Positions 1 through 12,500 of a stretch of DNA of 53,702 nucleotides are shown here, piece by piece. The stretch is taken from positions 62,001 to 115,702 of the forward strand of contig CAUYUJ010000296.1 in NCBI GenBank assembly GCA_963575745.1, in the 5' to 3' direction. The translations under genes were made by a program, and so were the position numbers. Each line of letters opens with the position of its first letter. Position 1 is the stretch's first letter. The stretch comes from Prorocentrum cordatum. Its lineage: Eukaryota. The notes under the pieces were generated by a model that saw only the letters and a list, made by a program, of their open reading frames with translations, did no database searches and was not told the origin of the DNA.

Positions 1-1084
1 TCCTCCTCCTCCTCCTCCTCCTCCTCCGCCGGTCCTGGGCGGAGGGTGACACGCAGGAGGGAGGGATTGAGGCTGAGCTGGCGGCAGGCTGCCACCCAGC
101 TGGTGATGTGGTGCACGCTGTGTGGTGCACTCTCAATCCAGCGGAGGGCTGAGTGAGGGTGAGGCCGAAGTGCAACGGCGTCCCCCCGCCGGGAGATCGG
201 TCTCGGCTTCGTGCTCGTGTCGCGCGTGCGAGGCCCGGCTGCGTGCGCGGGGGATGGGGTTTTGATCCTGCCGCTGCTGGGGCGACATCGAGACACATGG
301 TGTTTGTTCCCGGCCTGGTTGGCGGCTTGGGCCCGCGGTTGTCCCGCGATCGTCCCGTGGTTATCCCGCGGTTGTTGCCTGAGTGTCCTGTGGTTGTCCC
401 GATGGTTGTCCCGATGGTTGTCCAGATGGTTGTTCGGACGGTTGTCTGGGTGGTTGCCCCGGTGGTTGTCTCGATGGTTGTCCCGATAGGTTCCGGGGGA
501 ACACATACATCGGCGCCTTCGGCGCCTCGAGATTTTAACCACGATGCGAAAGTAATGCGCTCGTTGTCCTGATTGTTGCGCGGATGCATATGTCGTGAGG
601 TCAAAAACAGATATTTATATAGATAGATGGATCGCGAAGAAATGAAGCACATCGATATTGATGCACATCGTGAGATATCATGATATCGATCGACTGTTTG
701 TGGGGTTGATAGATAGACAGTGGCATGCGCAGATATATAGTGAGATCGATGAATCGATAAAGCGGTCGATCGTGGTATCGATTGGCAAATAAGTCGACAC
801 ATCTATCGGTAGTGGGATCGGTAGATCATACCGATAGATCGTGAGAACGATAGGGGTGGTTCGATGGACGGAAAAGGCTGCCCCGACGGTTGCCCCGTCT
901 CATGGCAATGCACGGCCGGTGCGGAGAAGGACAACCGACCGAAAGCGAAACCCAAACCGACAGCGTGCATAACCGAACCCACCGACCGAAACCGACTGAA
1001 CGCGCAGCGACGAACGACCCCGAAAAGGCGACGCTGTGATAATCATGGAACAACTGCAACAGCAACAATCAATTTTGCATCCCG

Positions 1085-1505
1085 GCAAACTCTTGGGGGC
1101 TCTCTGGGAATCCCTTGAAGGCGTCTTGGAGGCCTCCTGGGCCGTCGTGAAGCCATCAGGGGTCGTCTTGGAGCGCTCCGGGGCCGTCTCGGAGCCCTCT
1201 TGGACTGCCCTGAGGGCATCCCGAGCCATTTTGGGCGGCAGGTTCCCCCTCTTGGCCGGTCTTGGGCGCCTCTGGAATTGTCTGGGGCGCCTCTTTGGCG
1301 ATCGTGGCTCCCTCTTGGAGTGCCTTGAAGCCGTCTTGGGGACATTTTGGGCCGTCTGGGGATAATCTTCGGGGCCTCTTGAGCCATCTTTTGGGCGCCC
1401 TGAATGCTGGAAAGGCGATGCTGTGAAAATCATAGAACTGCAAGAAAAATCCATTGTCCCTCCCGGAAAGTCTTGGGGGCTCTCTGGGAATCATCTGGGC
1501 GTCTT
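1085..1505. repeat. Dispersed GC-rich repeat family (tcttggg/cccaaga-rich); related segments at 4271-4410, about 5150-5600, and inverted at about 34575-34950 and 35570-36180
   Basis: gtcttggagcgctccggggccgtctcggagccctc is shared between about 1165-1200 and 4327-4360; same word usage in the other segments. Confidence 0.7.
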
Positions 1506-1523
1506 TTGTTGCTGTTGTTGCTG

Positions 1524-3000
<1,477 letters not shown>

Positions 3001-3158
3001 GTCGTCGGTGTTGTTGTTTTGATCTGCAAAGTGTTGCACCCCGCAACTGCAACAAACAAAGCAGTGGCGAACAAACAACAATTGGCTGCATGGTCTTATT
3101 AATGAAGGCAGCTGGGTGGTCCCACGCAGCATGCCAAACCTGCTCAGTGCTACTGAAG

Positions 3159-4208
3159 TCACTGAGGGAGGGAATCACAACTGCTACTATCGGAGTCTGA
3201 GAGAACACCAAGTGCAACTGCGTCTTCGGTAAGTGCTGACTCGCAGATACTCAGCAGCCGCCTGCATTCCTCATCGGACATTTCCTCGTCCGCATCCCAA
3301 TCAACGAACATATACTCCTTCATCACATCGTAGCGTCCCAACTTCGCTAACAGGAGTGCCCGCATAATGTTCAACGACCATATGGCGTTGTGCGCGCTGG
3401 CGTTAGCTGGATTGATATGCATGATCGGGCGTTTCACTCGAAGACTCAAGACTTCGTGAATGTCGCCATGTTCCTGGAAACGCTGGCCGCGTACCCATGG
3501 TATACATATGGTCTTGATTGCGATAAGTAGCACGCCGAGTGCGGGAATGCTGGCAATAAACGCATCCAACTGGTTGCGCAACCGGTAGATCACTATTTGC
3601 GCGACCCATAACAGAATAAGTCCTACTGGGCTGACTGCCATCAATGCACTCATAACCTTGTACTGCATGCTTGAATACATATGTTCCGTGAACTCCAGAT
3701 ACGCAATGGTCTCGAAGCTCCAGATTCCGCTCCGCGCCAGGCAGAAGAGCTTGTAGAAGACAAGCAGTGCCGCGGTAAAGGGCAGGGCCCAAGCGAGGAA
3801 CAACCAAGCGAAATTCGCAGACAAAAATTTCAACGACGTTGCCGGGAGCACGAGTGTACACTCTTGTAACTGGCTCGTACAATCGTCCTTGTCCTGGTAA
3901 GTCGCAAACCATTTGATCGGAGTCTCTTCTGGATCTTCGATGAAATACGGATCCTTCACGCCACTGAAAATCGCACTCTGCTCCCAAGTGGAACCCAAGA
4001 AAAACAGAGATATGAAGTACTTATGGGCTACATCCTGGACGACTTTCCCAATCGATGTGGTTGTTTGGATTTGGCCGATCAAGACCACCCACGATCCAAG
4101 GGCTGCCCATATGGCGGAGCACTCAACTACCACGAAATGGATCCACGCTGTCGGCAATTTATGCCACCAGCTGAGGAGCTTCTTGGTCAAGCTGTTAGCT
4201 CTCTTCAT
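3159..4208 (-). CDS. Intronless 349-aa multi-pass membrane protein of unknown function (retrocopy of a trans-spliced mRNA)
   Basis: ATG at 4208 (MKRANSLTKK...) lies 40 nt after a perfect DinoSL; open to stop at 3159; complex sequence with several hydrophobic helices (e.g. FAWLFLAWALPFTAALLVFY, VGLILLWVAQIVIY, IASIPALGVLLIAI). Confidence 0.85.
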   Translation of the reverse strand: MKRANSLTKKLLSWWHKLPTAWIHFVVVECSAIWAALGSWVVLIGQIQTTTSIGKVVQDVAHKYFISLFFLGSTWEQSAIFSGVKDPYFIEDPEETPIKWFATYQDKDDCTSQLQECTLVLPATSLKFLSANFAWLFLAWALPFTAALLVFYKLFCLARSGIWSFETIAYLEFTEHMYSSMQYKVMSALMAVSPVGLILLWVAQIVIYRLRNQLDAFIASIPALGVLLIAIKTICIPWVRGQRFQEHGDIHEVLSLRVKRPIMHINPANASAHNAIWSLNIMRALLLAKLGRYDVMKEYMFVDWDADEEMSDEECRRLLSICESALTEDAVALGVLSDSDSSSCDSLPQ

Positions 4209-4248
4209 CGAGACCGACGGCCGAATACGTGGCAAGCACCTCGGAGCC

Positions 4249-4270
4249 CTTGAGCCAAAATGGCTACGGA
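4249..4270 (-). other. Complete dinoflagellate spliced leader in genomic DNA
   Basis: Minus strand reads TCCGTAGCCATTTTGGCTCAAG, 22/22 match to DCCGTAGCCATTTTGGCTCAAG. Confidence 0.97.
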
Positions 4271-4583
4271 ACCCTCTGGAGACGTCTTGGAAGCCTATTG
4301 GGCCGTCTCGAAGCTGTCTGGAGCCGTCTTGGAGCGCTCCGGGGCCGTCTCGGAGCCCTCGTGGGCCGCCCTGAGGGCGTCCTGGAGCCATTTTGGGCGG
4401 TCCTGGGAGCATCCTGGCGCCTCTGGGGGGGGGAAGCCACAGCCACTGGGCAAATGGAGGGCCCCCCTGGTTCAGGATCCCGTCCCTATTTTTGTATTTG
4501 TATATGTCGAGACACGCACAGGTAGGTGTGTGTGTAGATGTACGTATGCATTCATTCATGTATGTATGCATACATATATGTAG

Positions 4584-4633
<50 letters not shown>

Positions 4634-4658
4634 ATGTATGTATGTATGTATGTATGTA

Positions 4659-4820
4659 CTCCGAGTTTCTTAATAAGCGTGGGGGGGGCACCAGCCCCGC
4701 CGACAGCCCCACATCGACCCCCGTCACGGGCAGCCGCCGCGCGCCGAAGGCGCTCCGAACCCCGTCGCGGCGTGACGACGAGGCGAGGTTGATCCACCAC
4801 GCTTATTAAGAAACCCAGGG
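4659..4820. mobile_element. MITE-like element, 162 bp, TA-flanked, inserted in (TATG)n
   Basis: Inverted repeat gtttcttaataagcgtgg / ccacgcttattaagaaac; TA on both sides, consistent with a Tc1/mariner-type target duplication. Confidence 0.7.
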
Positions 4821-5884
4821 TATGTATGTCTGTCTGTCTGTCTATCTGTATGTATGTATCTGGATCTGCATGTATGTGTGTATGTGTGTAAAGTCTAGGC
4901 GTGTACAAGACTGCATTGGCGTTTCGGCCATGCACCTTGGTCCTTGAAGTTTAGCATGCTGGCGGAAGTGCAGGAAGGTAAGAAACAACATGTTGCGATA
5001 ACACCTTGCTGTGTTTTTCAGCATCGTCGTGATACTGATGTCATTCGTTATCCTTCCTTCATGTTTCCTCTTTCTCTTCCCTATTCTCGCCCTACGCTGC
5101 GAATTTTTCCCCATGCTCCTGAGCTATTTTTGCGCAGACTCCTCCTTGGAGAGCCTCTTGGGGGGTTCTCACACATTAAACAAAGATTACTTCTGGGAGC
5201 TTTCCGGAGGCCTCCTGGACGCCTTTTAGGGGCCTCAAGGGGCTTCGTCGGACCACCCTGCTTCCAACCACGGTCTCCCTGAATGACCAGGTTACGAGTT
5301 GGAATGCTTCTGGGGCGTCTTGGGCTCACCTTGGCCGTCATAAGGCTCCCTTCGGGCCTTGTTGGGCCGTCCTGGAGTTCTCTTGGACTGCCTGGACGCC
5401 CTTATAAATAATTGCTTGGCGATTTTCGGGCCTCCTGGGCGGTCGCGGACACCCAGAAGACGGAGGCACGTAGCATTTCCAACATCATGCGAAAACCTGG
5501 CGGACATTGACCTCTTTCTGCGCTTCGAAAGCATCTTGGGGGTCTTTTTGGGGGGTCGTCTTCGGGCGTCTGGTGGGCGTGTGGGGCCCTCTTGGGGCTC
5601 TCTCGCGAGGCAGCCTGATCGATCCGGGCCCGTTGCCCAGCGTCAAAGCAGGGGCGGACGCCCAGGAGCCCGCCGAAGCCCGGGGGGGACCTTCTGCAAG
5701 GGCGTCCGGGGGGCTCCTCGGGCCACGGATCCGGGGGTGTCCGTTTTTTTGGGGGGGGTCCCACCCCGCCATATTGTAAACCATAGATCGTGGTACGTTG
5801 GTACGTATATCGTAGCAGTGTGTGTAGTGGAATTGATGCGGCGCCTTGCCAGTAATGGGCTGTCAACTCCATTGCTCGCGTTAG

Positions 5885-6034
5885 GTCGGGTATGTCCTCC
5901 TACAGGCGCAGTGTGGAAGGAAAACGACAAATAATCAAAGCATGCTCAAACACTGTCAAACATAGTAGATAAATCGTCCCCAGACTATTTTTGTACTTTA
6001 TTAAATATTCCTCCTGTAGAGAGACTTGCCCGAC
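5885..6034. mobile_element. 150-bp MITE-like element, copy 1 (copy 2 at 29633-29782)
   Basis: About 22-bp imperfect TIRs gtcgggtatgtcctcctacagg / cctgtagagagacttgcccgac; internal tccccagactat shared with copy 2. Confidence 0.7.
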
Positions 6035-6828
6035 TTCATGCTCGCGCAAACATCCCAGCCTCCCACCCGCAACTCGTTCGGCTAAAGGCATGCAGCCACG
6101 ATTGCGGTTGCTGATCTACGGCCGCACTGGCGCGGGCACGCCCGCGCGCAGAACGACCAACTGGTCTGGTTTGGCACAACTGATACGGCCGCGATGGCGC
6201 TTACCGGTGCGAACTTCCCAACGTGTCTGGAAGGCTGCGCTGGCGCGTGGACACTTCAATCGGCAACTGAGGCGGGTGCGATATCATGTCGTCGACAATG
6301 GCGGCAATGATGATGATGATACTGGCGATGGTGGTGGGAACGATGACGGTGACGACGGCAAAGCCATTGACGGCGCCGATGCTAGTGACGATGTCCATGT
6401 GTCGATTATGAAAGTGATTGTGCTGATGATGCCGGCAATGGAGGCGATTTATGATGACTGTAACGGCAGTGATGTAATGACGCTGGTGAGGGTGATGAGG
6501 ACGTGCGCGCGCAGAAATTCAAGAAAGCAGACCGACTTGCTGTTGAACTTTTGTGTTCGTGTTTTCTGTGAGCTCTTTCTTGAGCTGCTTCGACAACCAA
6601 GGGCTTGGACGCGAGTGTGGCGGCGCTCTCATGTGGCCCGCATGTTTTTTTTTGATACGGATTCGTGCAGCGGGCGCATGCTAGATTAATGCGGACGCAC
6701 AGCGTGGTGAGATGATGCTGCGGGTGCTGGACGGGATTACTGCACACATTTTCCATGACTTCAGCAAGTGCGAGCGGGCAAAACGTCTGCAACATTGCAC
6801 ATTTGATGTTCGGTTCTAGACGCGCTCG

Positions 6829-6923
6829 CGTGTGTGTGTGTGTGTGTGTGTTTGTATGTGTGTATGTGTGTGTGTGTCTGTGTCTGTGTCTGTGTCTGTG
6901 TCTGTGTCTGTGTCTGCGTCTGC

Positions 6924-6972
<49 letters not shown>
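6829..6972. repeat. (TG)n/(TGTGTC)n microsatellite
   Basis: Direct reading. Confidence 0.95.
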
Positions 6973-6976
<4 letters not shown>

Positions 6977-7209
6977 GACTTTGTTGTATATTGTTGGCAA
7001 GGGGTTCTTGAAACATGATCTCTGGAGACAACCAAGCGCGTGCTTATGGTATTATTTGACAAAAAGGGGCGAGGGTATGAATGTCAATGCCAGTTTTGGC
7101 TCGGAAAGTATTTTCTCATATGGTAGTGGAAAGATGGGGCATATTCACATGTACATTACAATATCGCAGGGGGTCCGATAAGTGCGGGCTGGGGAGGGTG
7201 AAAGAGAGG

Positions 7210-7662
7210 GGGAGGAGGAGGAGGAGGAGGAGGAGGGAGGAGGAGGAGGAGGAGGAGGAGGAGGAGGAGGAGAGGAGGAGGAGGAGGAGGAGGGGGAGGA
7301 GGAGGAGGAGGGAGGAGGAGGAGGAGGAGGAGGAGGAGGAGAGGAGGAGGAGGAGGAGGAGGAGGAGGAGGAGGGGGAGAAGGAGGAGAGGAGGAGGAGG
7401 AGGGAGGAGGAGGAGGAGGAGGAGGAGGAGGAGGAGGAGGAAATGAGGAGGAGGAGGAGGAGGAGGAGGAGGAGGGAGGAGGAGGAGGGGGAGCAGGAGG
7501 GAGGGGAGAAGGAGGGAGGGGGAGGAGGAGGAGGAGGAGGAGGAGGAGGAGGAGGAGGAGGAGGAGGAAATGAGGAGGAGGAGGAGGAGGAGGAGGAGGA
7601 GGAGGAGGAGGAGGAGGGAGGAGGAGGAGGGGGAGGAGGAGGAGGAGGAGGAGGAGGAGGAT
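7210..7662. repeat. (GGA)n microsatellite; representative of many GGA/CCT tracts (e.g. 9340-9520, 15354-15660, 16225-16500, 19530-19990, 20715-21755, 27895-28140, 28827-29243, 30060-30270, 30510-30890, 38460-38960, 40780-41040, 42512-42595, 42815-43044)
   Basis: Direct reading; source of poly-E/G/R/P/L/S ORFs. Confidence 0.97.
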
Positions 7663-9067
7663 AGGCGAGGGGGAGAAGGACAAGCTAGGTGAGCTCGCGT
7701 CAGATCTTACGTCCTACCCCTCCCTCCCATCCCTTCCCATGGCGTAGATCTCCTCTCTATTCGTACACTCGGATGTCGCAGCATGGCATAGCATTACAGA
7801 ACATAGCATGGTGTCATAGCATTACATGGCATAGTATGGTGTTGAAGATCAACGCGTAGCCTGACATAGCATGGCGTGGCGACGCCCCAATTGGGGGGAG
7901 GGGCTTCTGCGGCCCAAAGAACATCGAATCGACACCGAATGTGTAATCAGTTCCAATGTTTTTTTCGGGGGGCTATTTTCTAGATTTTGGAGCCGATTTG
8001 GAAGGACCGAAGACCATGCCATGGCATGGCGCTGGAAATAATGACGCCAGCGCTGCAGCGGGGGCACGAATCGAAACGAGCGGTAACCCGAAAATGAAGC
8101 CAGCGCTTCAGCGATAGCAGCATTTGGAAACAAGCCCAAGCAAAAACCCGTTTCCCGGGAATCCGGTGTAAAAAACCGTGCGCGGAGGGGGGCCGAATGC
8201 TTCCCGGACGCCACCATGGGAGAGAGGAGAGTAGTATTCATGTTGCGTACTTGTGGAAGAGGAGGAAGAGGAGGAGGAAGGGCACCACCGCCTGGACGGG
8301 TGCCCCGCCCGCCACCGCAGGCCACGCCGCGGCAGCCCCGCCTCCGGCGCCGGGGACCTAAGGGGCCGAACCCCCTCCGCACGGGCGCTCCACCAGCACG
8401 CCCCCGCTGCTGCTGCCGCGGGCCCCGCCGCTGCCCCCCCGGCGGGCGGTGCGGCGCCCAACCTCCGCCGCCGCCGCCGCCGCCGCCCCTGCCCGCGCTT
8501 CTCCAGCGCTTCTCCAGCCGCTCCCGGAGCACGGGGCACGACCGTCGCCAGGACGAATGCCTTCTACTACTACTACGAGGCCGCGGCGGGTCGCCGCCAG
8601 GAAGTCGCTTGCCGCAGTCTGTCGGAAATGGCGCTCTCCCCTCGCCGTCTGCGTTGTCGTTGTCGTCGCTGTTGTGGTCAGGGTGGCGCGCCCTCCGCCG
8701 CGCCCCTCGGGGCGTCTCTCTCCGCCGCCCCCCTCGGGGCGTCTCCCTCCTCCCTCTCGTCGCCCCCCCTCGGGGCGCCTGCTCCCTCCCTCGGCAGGCA
8801 GGAGGTGTGGGTGTTGGACGAGGATGCCACGTGCGCAGTGGCGCCGCGCACTTGCGCGCCGCCCATTGGCGGGGTGGCATGCGCGGCTCTGCAAGGGCGA
8901 CGAAAACTGTTTCGCAGGTGCGAGACCCGGCCCCTGTAGAGCGGGCGCGCGCGCGAGCCATTTGCCCCAGCGCCAGAGCCCTAACTGGGACCATGCTGCT
9001 GCCTGCCCTTTGCAAAGGGTGACGGCTCAACGCGGCCAACTTGGGTAAACACAATCGAGCGGAGACC

Positions 9068-9119
<52 letters not shown>

Positions 9120-9192
9120 CTGCTGCTGCTGCTGATGATGATGAGGATGACGATGACGACGACGACGACGATGACGATGATGATGATGATGC

Positions 9193-9240
<48 letters not shown>

Positions 9241-9274
9241 GGATGAGGATGACGATGATGATGATGACGACGAC

Positions 9275-9332
<58 letters not shown>
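9068..9332. repeat. (GAT)n microsatellite
   Basis: Direct reading. Confidence 0.95.
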
Positions 9333-9524
9333 CTAAAAGAGGAGGAAGAGGAGGAAAAGGAGGAGAAGGAGGAAGAGGAGGAGGAGGAGGCGGAGGAGGA
9401 GGAGAGGAGGAGGAGGAGGAGGAGGAGGAAGAGGAGGAGGAGAAGGAGGAGGAGGAGGAGGAGGAGAAGGGGGAGGAGGAGGGGGGGGAGGAGGAGGAAG
9501 AGGAGGAGGGGGAGGAGGAGGAAC

Positions 9525-12500
9525 ATGAAGACCTTTTGCACCTTAGATGGCCCCCTTATGCGTGCAAGCTCAGCCCCACCACCCGCCTCGTTTGCCAGGG
9601 AACCCCATACCATGCTTAGGCGGGAGTTCCCTGCTCATTCTACTTTAGAAGAGGATGATCAGTCACGGCTTCCCCATGAAGGCCCCCAGCGGAACTGTCC
9701 GCAGCGGCGGGCCCAACCTGCGCAACGGTGCCCAACCCAGCGGTCCCAGGACACGGGAGAAGCCTAAAATGCTCTAACTTGCCCTTCAGGGCTGGGAACT
9801 TGCCGAAGCACCCCTGGCATTTCGACTGGGCTCCCACTCCCAAGATATCATGTCCCCGTGCCAACAATCGGGGCTTGCGCTGGTTCGGGGATGTGATCGC
9901 ATGCTTGGCTCGGTGCCGCTCTCGGCCTAGGCGATCGTCTCTGGACCTCGCGCGCGTCAGCACAACATGAAAATTGATCGCCAAGGGCCTCTTGAGCACT
10001 AAATATCTACGGTGGTCCTCTTTCTCGAGGTCGCTTATGTGCTTGGAATCTACCCCCCCCAGCCTTCAGCAGCTCCTGCAAACATGTCTGCCGCTGCATT
10101 CGCAACCAAACTGCGGACGACAGTGCGGTTCCCTCTGGGGGAACGCTCACGGGGGTGGCTCTTGACCCAATGGGCCGTCACATTGCCGTCTCTGGTGCTG
10201 AGCTGGTCCCGCAATTCCTGCCATGTGTCGAGCATCGCCGAGGTGCCAACAAGGGGCCCGGGGTCCTCCCTTCAAGGCATCAACGATTTGATTATAGTCG
10301 GTGCAGAACGGAATTCGGCCAACCGTGAGCTTCAACAGAAAAAAAACAGCAGTGAGCTCAGCACGGTGTGGACTCTGGTGGGGGCCTGCCAGGGTACCAC
10401 GTAGAGCGCCTTTTACTTCCAATGGTCCAGGTCGAAGGTGAACGACGCGCCACCCGCGCCCCCTCGTCCTCCAATCCTTGGCACTCTCTCCTCCAAGCCC
10501 ACCGGCGCCGAAAAACCGTTCACGATCCGTCTACCGCCATTTAGAGCTTCCAGGAACGATCCCCGCGCCCAAACTTTCAGCGAGGCCTCGGGAAGGGGGG
10601 GCCAAAGACCGCCCAAAGGGGGGCGAGCCTACGGGGCCAGAAACACGTGGCATCGTCGGCCCTTTGGGTGGCATCGGGAGCCATGCCTTGGGTTTGGCCA
10701 GCGTGGGGATCATCCAGCTCTCGGTTACAAATGCACTCCCAGAAAATGTGCATGGGCGTCTCGGCCTGGCGTCCGCATCTGGGGCGCAGGCCGCTCGAGT
10801 CATATCATCCATCTTTCAAACGTTGCTCAGGCTACTGTGCTCCAGTCATGAAGTTGCGGAGGATGCCCGCGCCCTCCGTGTCTCCGTCTATGTGCAGCTG
10901 CTTGCGGAGCCTACGGTGAGCAGTCAAGTCAACGGCTACATGCAGGCCGTCTCCACGCAAATGCTCAGCGGCTTTCAACCGCTGTCGTTCTGAAACGCAA
11001 GCAACGACAACGCGCCGCATGACAAAACGCGGACATCTCATCGATCGACTCGAACGATGTCCCCAGGAAGCTCCCAGCGAATGGGGCTCACCAAGGTGCC
11101 TCCCGAGCCTAAGCTGGTAATTATAACCGCGCGGACGGGCCACCTGGCCAGGCTCCGCATATTGTCGGGCCCAGCTCCGCGCATTTTCCGCGCCACCTCA
11201 TATCGGAGCTAATGCCCAGCGCCATCGTGATCAGCTCTCCCAAGCGCCAAAAGGGTAGCGACGCGGGCTCCTGGGCGGTGGTGTGCCGAGCGCCTGGTGG
11301 GCCCAAGTCCCGACTGCAATGGCAGCTGGTCTGAACAATCTGCTAGCCTTCGCGTTAAGGGCGGACAGGGGACTCAGCCTCTTGGACCTCCTCATAGCAT
11401 CCCTCTTTCGATCATTCATTTTCCACATAGTACGCCTACGCCTAGCAGCGGTGCCAACTCCCAGGTCTTTGACAGTGTCCACGAATTTGAAGGGGGAGCC
11501 CGGGCCTGGAAGAGGCAACCCTCGGCGGCCGCTCAAGAGCTTTGCCGAAAAGAACCGCGGCCGACTTCTCAGATATGGCACAACCACGAGCGCGGAATCT
11601 AGCGCAGAGATCGGCGGCTGCAGGAACAGGATGCTGGCGCGAATAGACAGCTGAGCCCTGCAGCGACTGCGTGACGTCATCCACGTGCGCAAAAACTGGG
11701 GCAAGAGGGGGCCGTGCATTGATGTGTTCGCGTATGCCATAAACATACCATTTGATCCATGGTAGTGACTGCGAGCAGCCGACAAGTACAGAGATCCCAC
11801 TGGGTACCGCAGAGGACGCCTTGTTGGTCGCGTCTAGAATCCTAGGGGCTGCGTGCATCATGGGGCCCGGGGTGCAGTGGGAGAAGGGAGTAGTTCAAAT
11901 TCAGCGCCGGCCCTATCAGCTGGACAGGGTCGATCCTGTCGGAAAACTTCTCCATGTCTCAATGGACGGAGGCATGCGCTCCTCCTAACTCTCGAGCGAC
12001 CTCGTGCACCAATTGCCTTTTCATAGCTGCCCTCAGGGCCGGCGGGTTTTTGACAGCGGAATCGCAGAAAGCAGTGTGAGTATCGGTCCACTCCAAGATT
12101 TGATCCCCGCCCCTTAGCATCGTGTAGACCCTATATAGGGTCGGGCATTTGGTGATGGGTCATTCAGAGGTCTAATTCTTGGGCAGTGGCGCGGCGATGT
12201 TCAAAAAGACCTGCTGAGGGAACGTGAGCATCCGCTCGACGTCTAGGTCAATGCCTGCGAGAGGCTCAGGGGCCTCGATTGGGGGCTTCACAGAATCTCT
12301 AGGGGGCCACTCGTCAAACCCAAGGCCAGTGCCCGCATGGCACCACCTCGACACTCGGAGCATGTCCTGGGGCCCAATGGGCTCCATCCCGAGCGCTTCT
12401 TCCTCAGCAGACGGCCGCGGGCGGCCCGTGGCAAACTCCTACTCATTTTTCTCGGCGGCGCTGGGGGTCCAAGACTTCCTCCAAAAACTTCGCGATGAGT

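Noticed and set aside
30..37. cccag|GACCG as the next UBX micro-exon
   Set aside because: Fits an expected Asp-Arg continuation but is only 5 nt and cannot be supported without transcripts
1378..1390. cttgagcca as an SL relic
   Set aside because: Only 9 nt and embedded in the tcttgg-rich repeat family
4249..4270. SL RNA gene
   Set aside because: The SL is followed by a UTR and CDS, not by a GT donor and SL intron, so it is a retrocopy
4209..4727. N-terminal 173 aa of the 522-aa ORF
   Set aside because: Reads through a MITE, microsatellite, dispersed repeat and the SL; the plausible start is ATG 4208
7849..9054. Overlapping 200-400-aa ORFs in a GC-rich island
   Set aside because: Low-complexity R/G/P/A content in all frames and no recognisable domain
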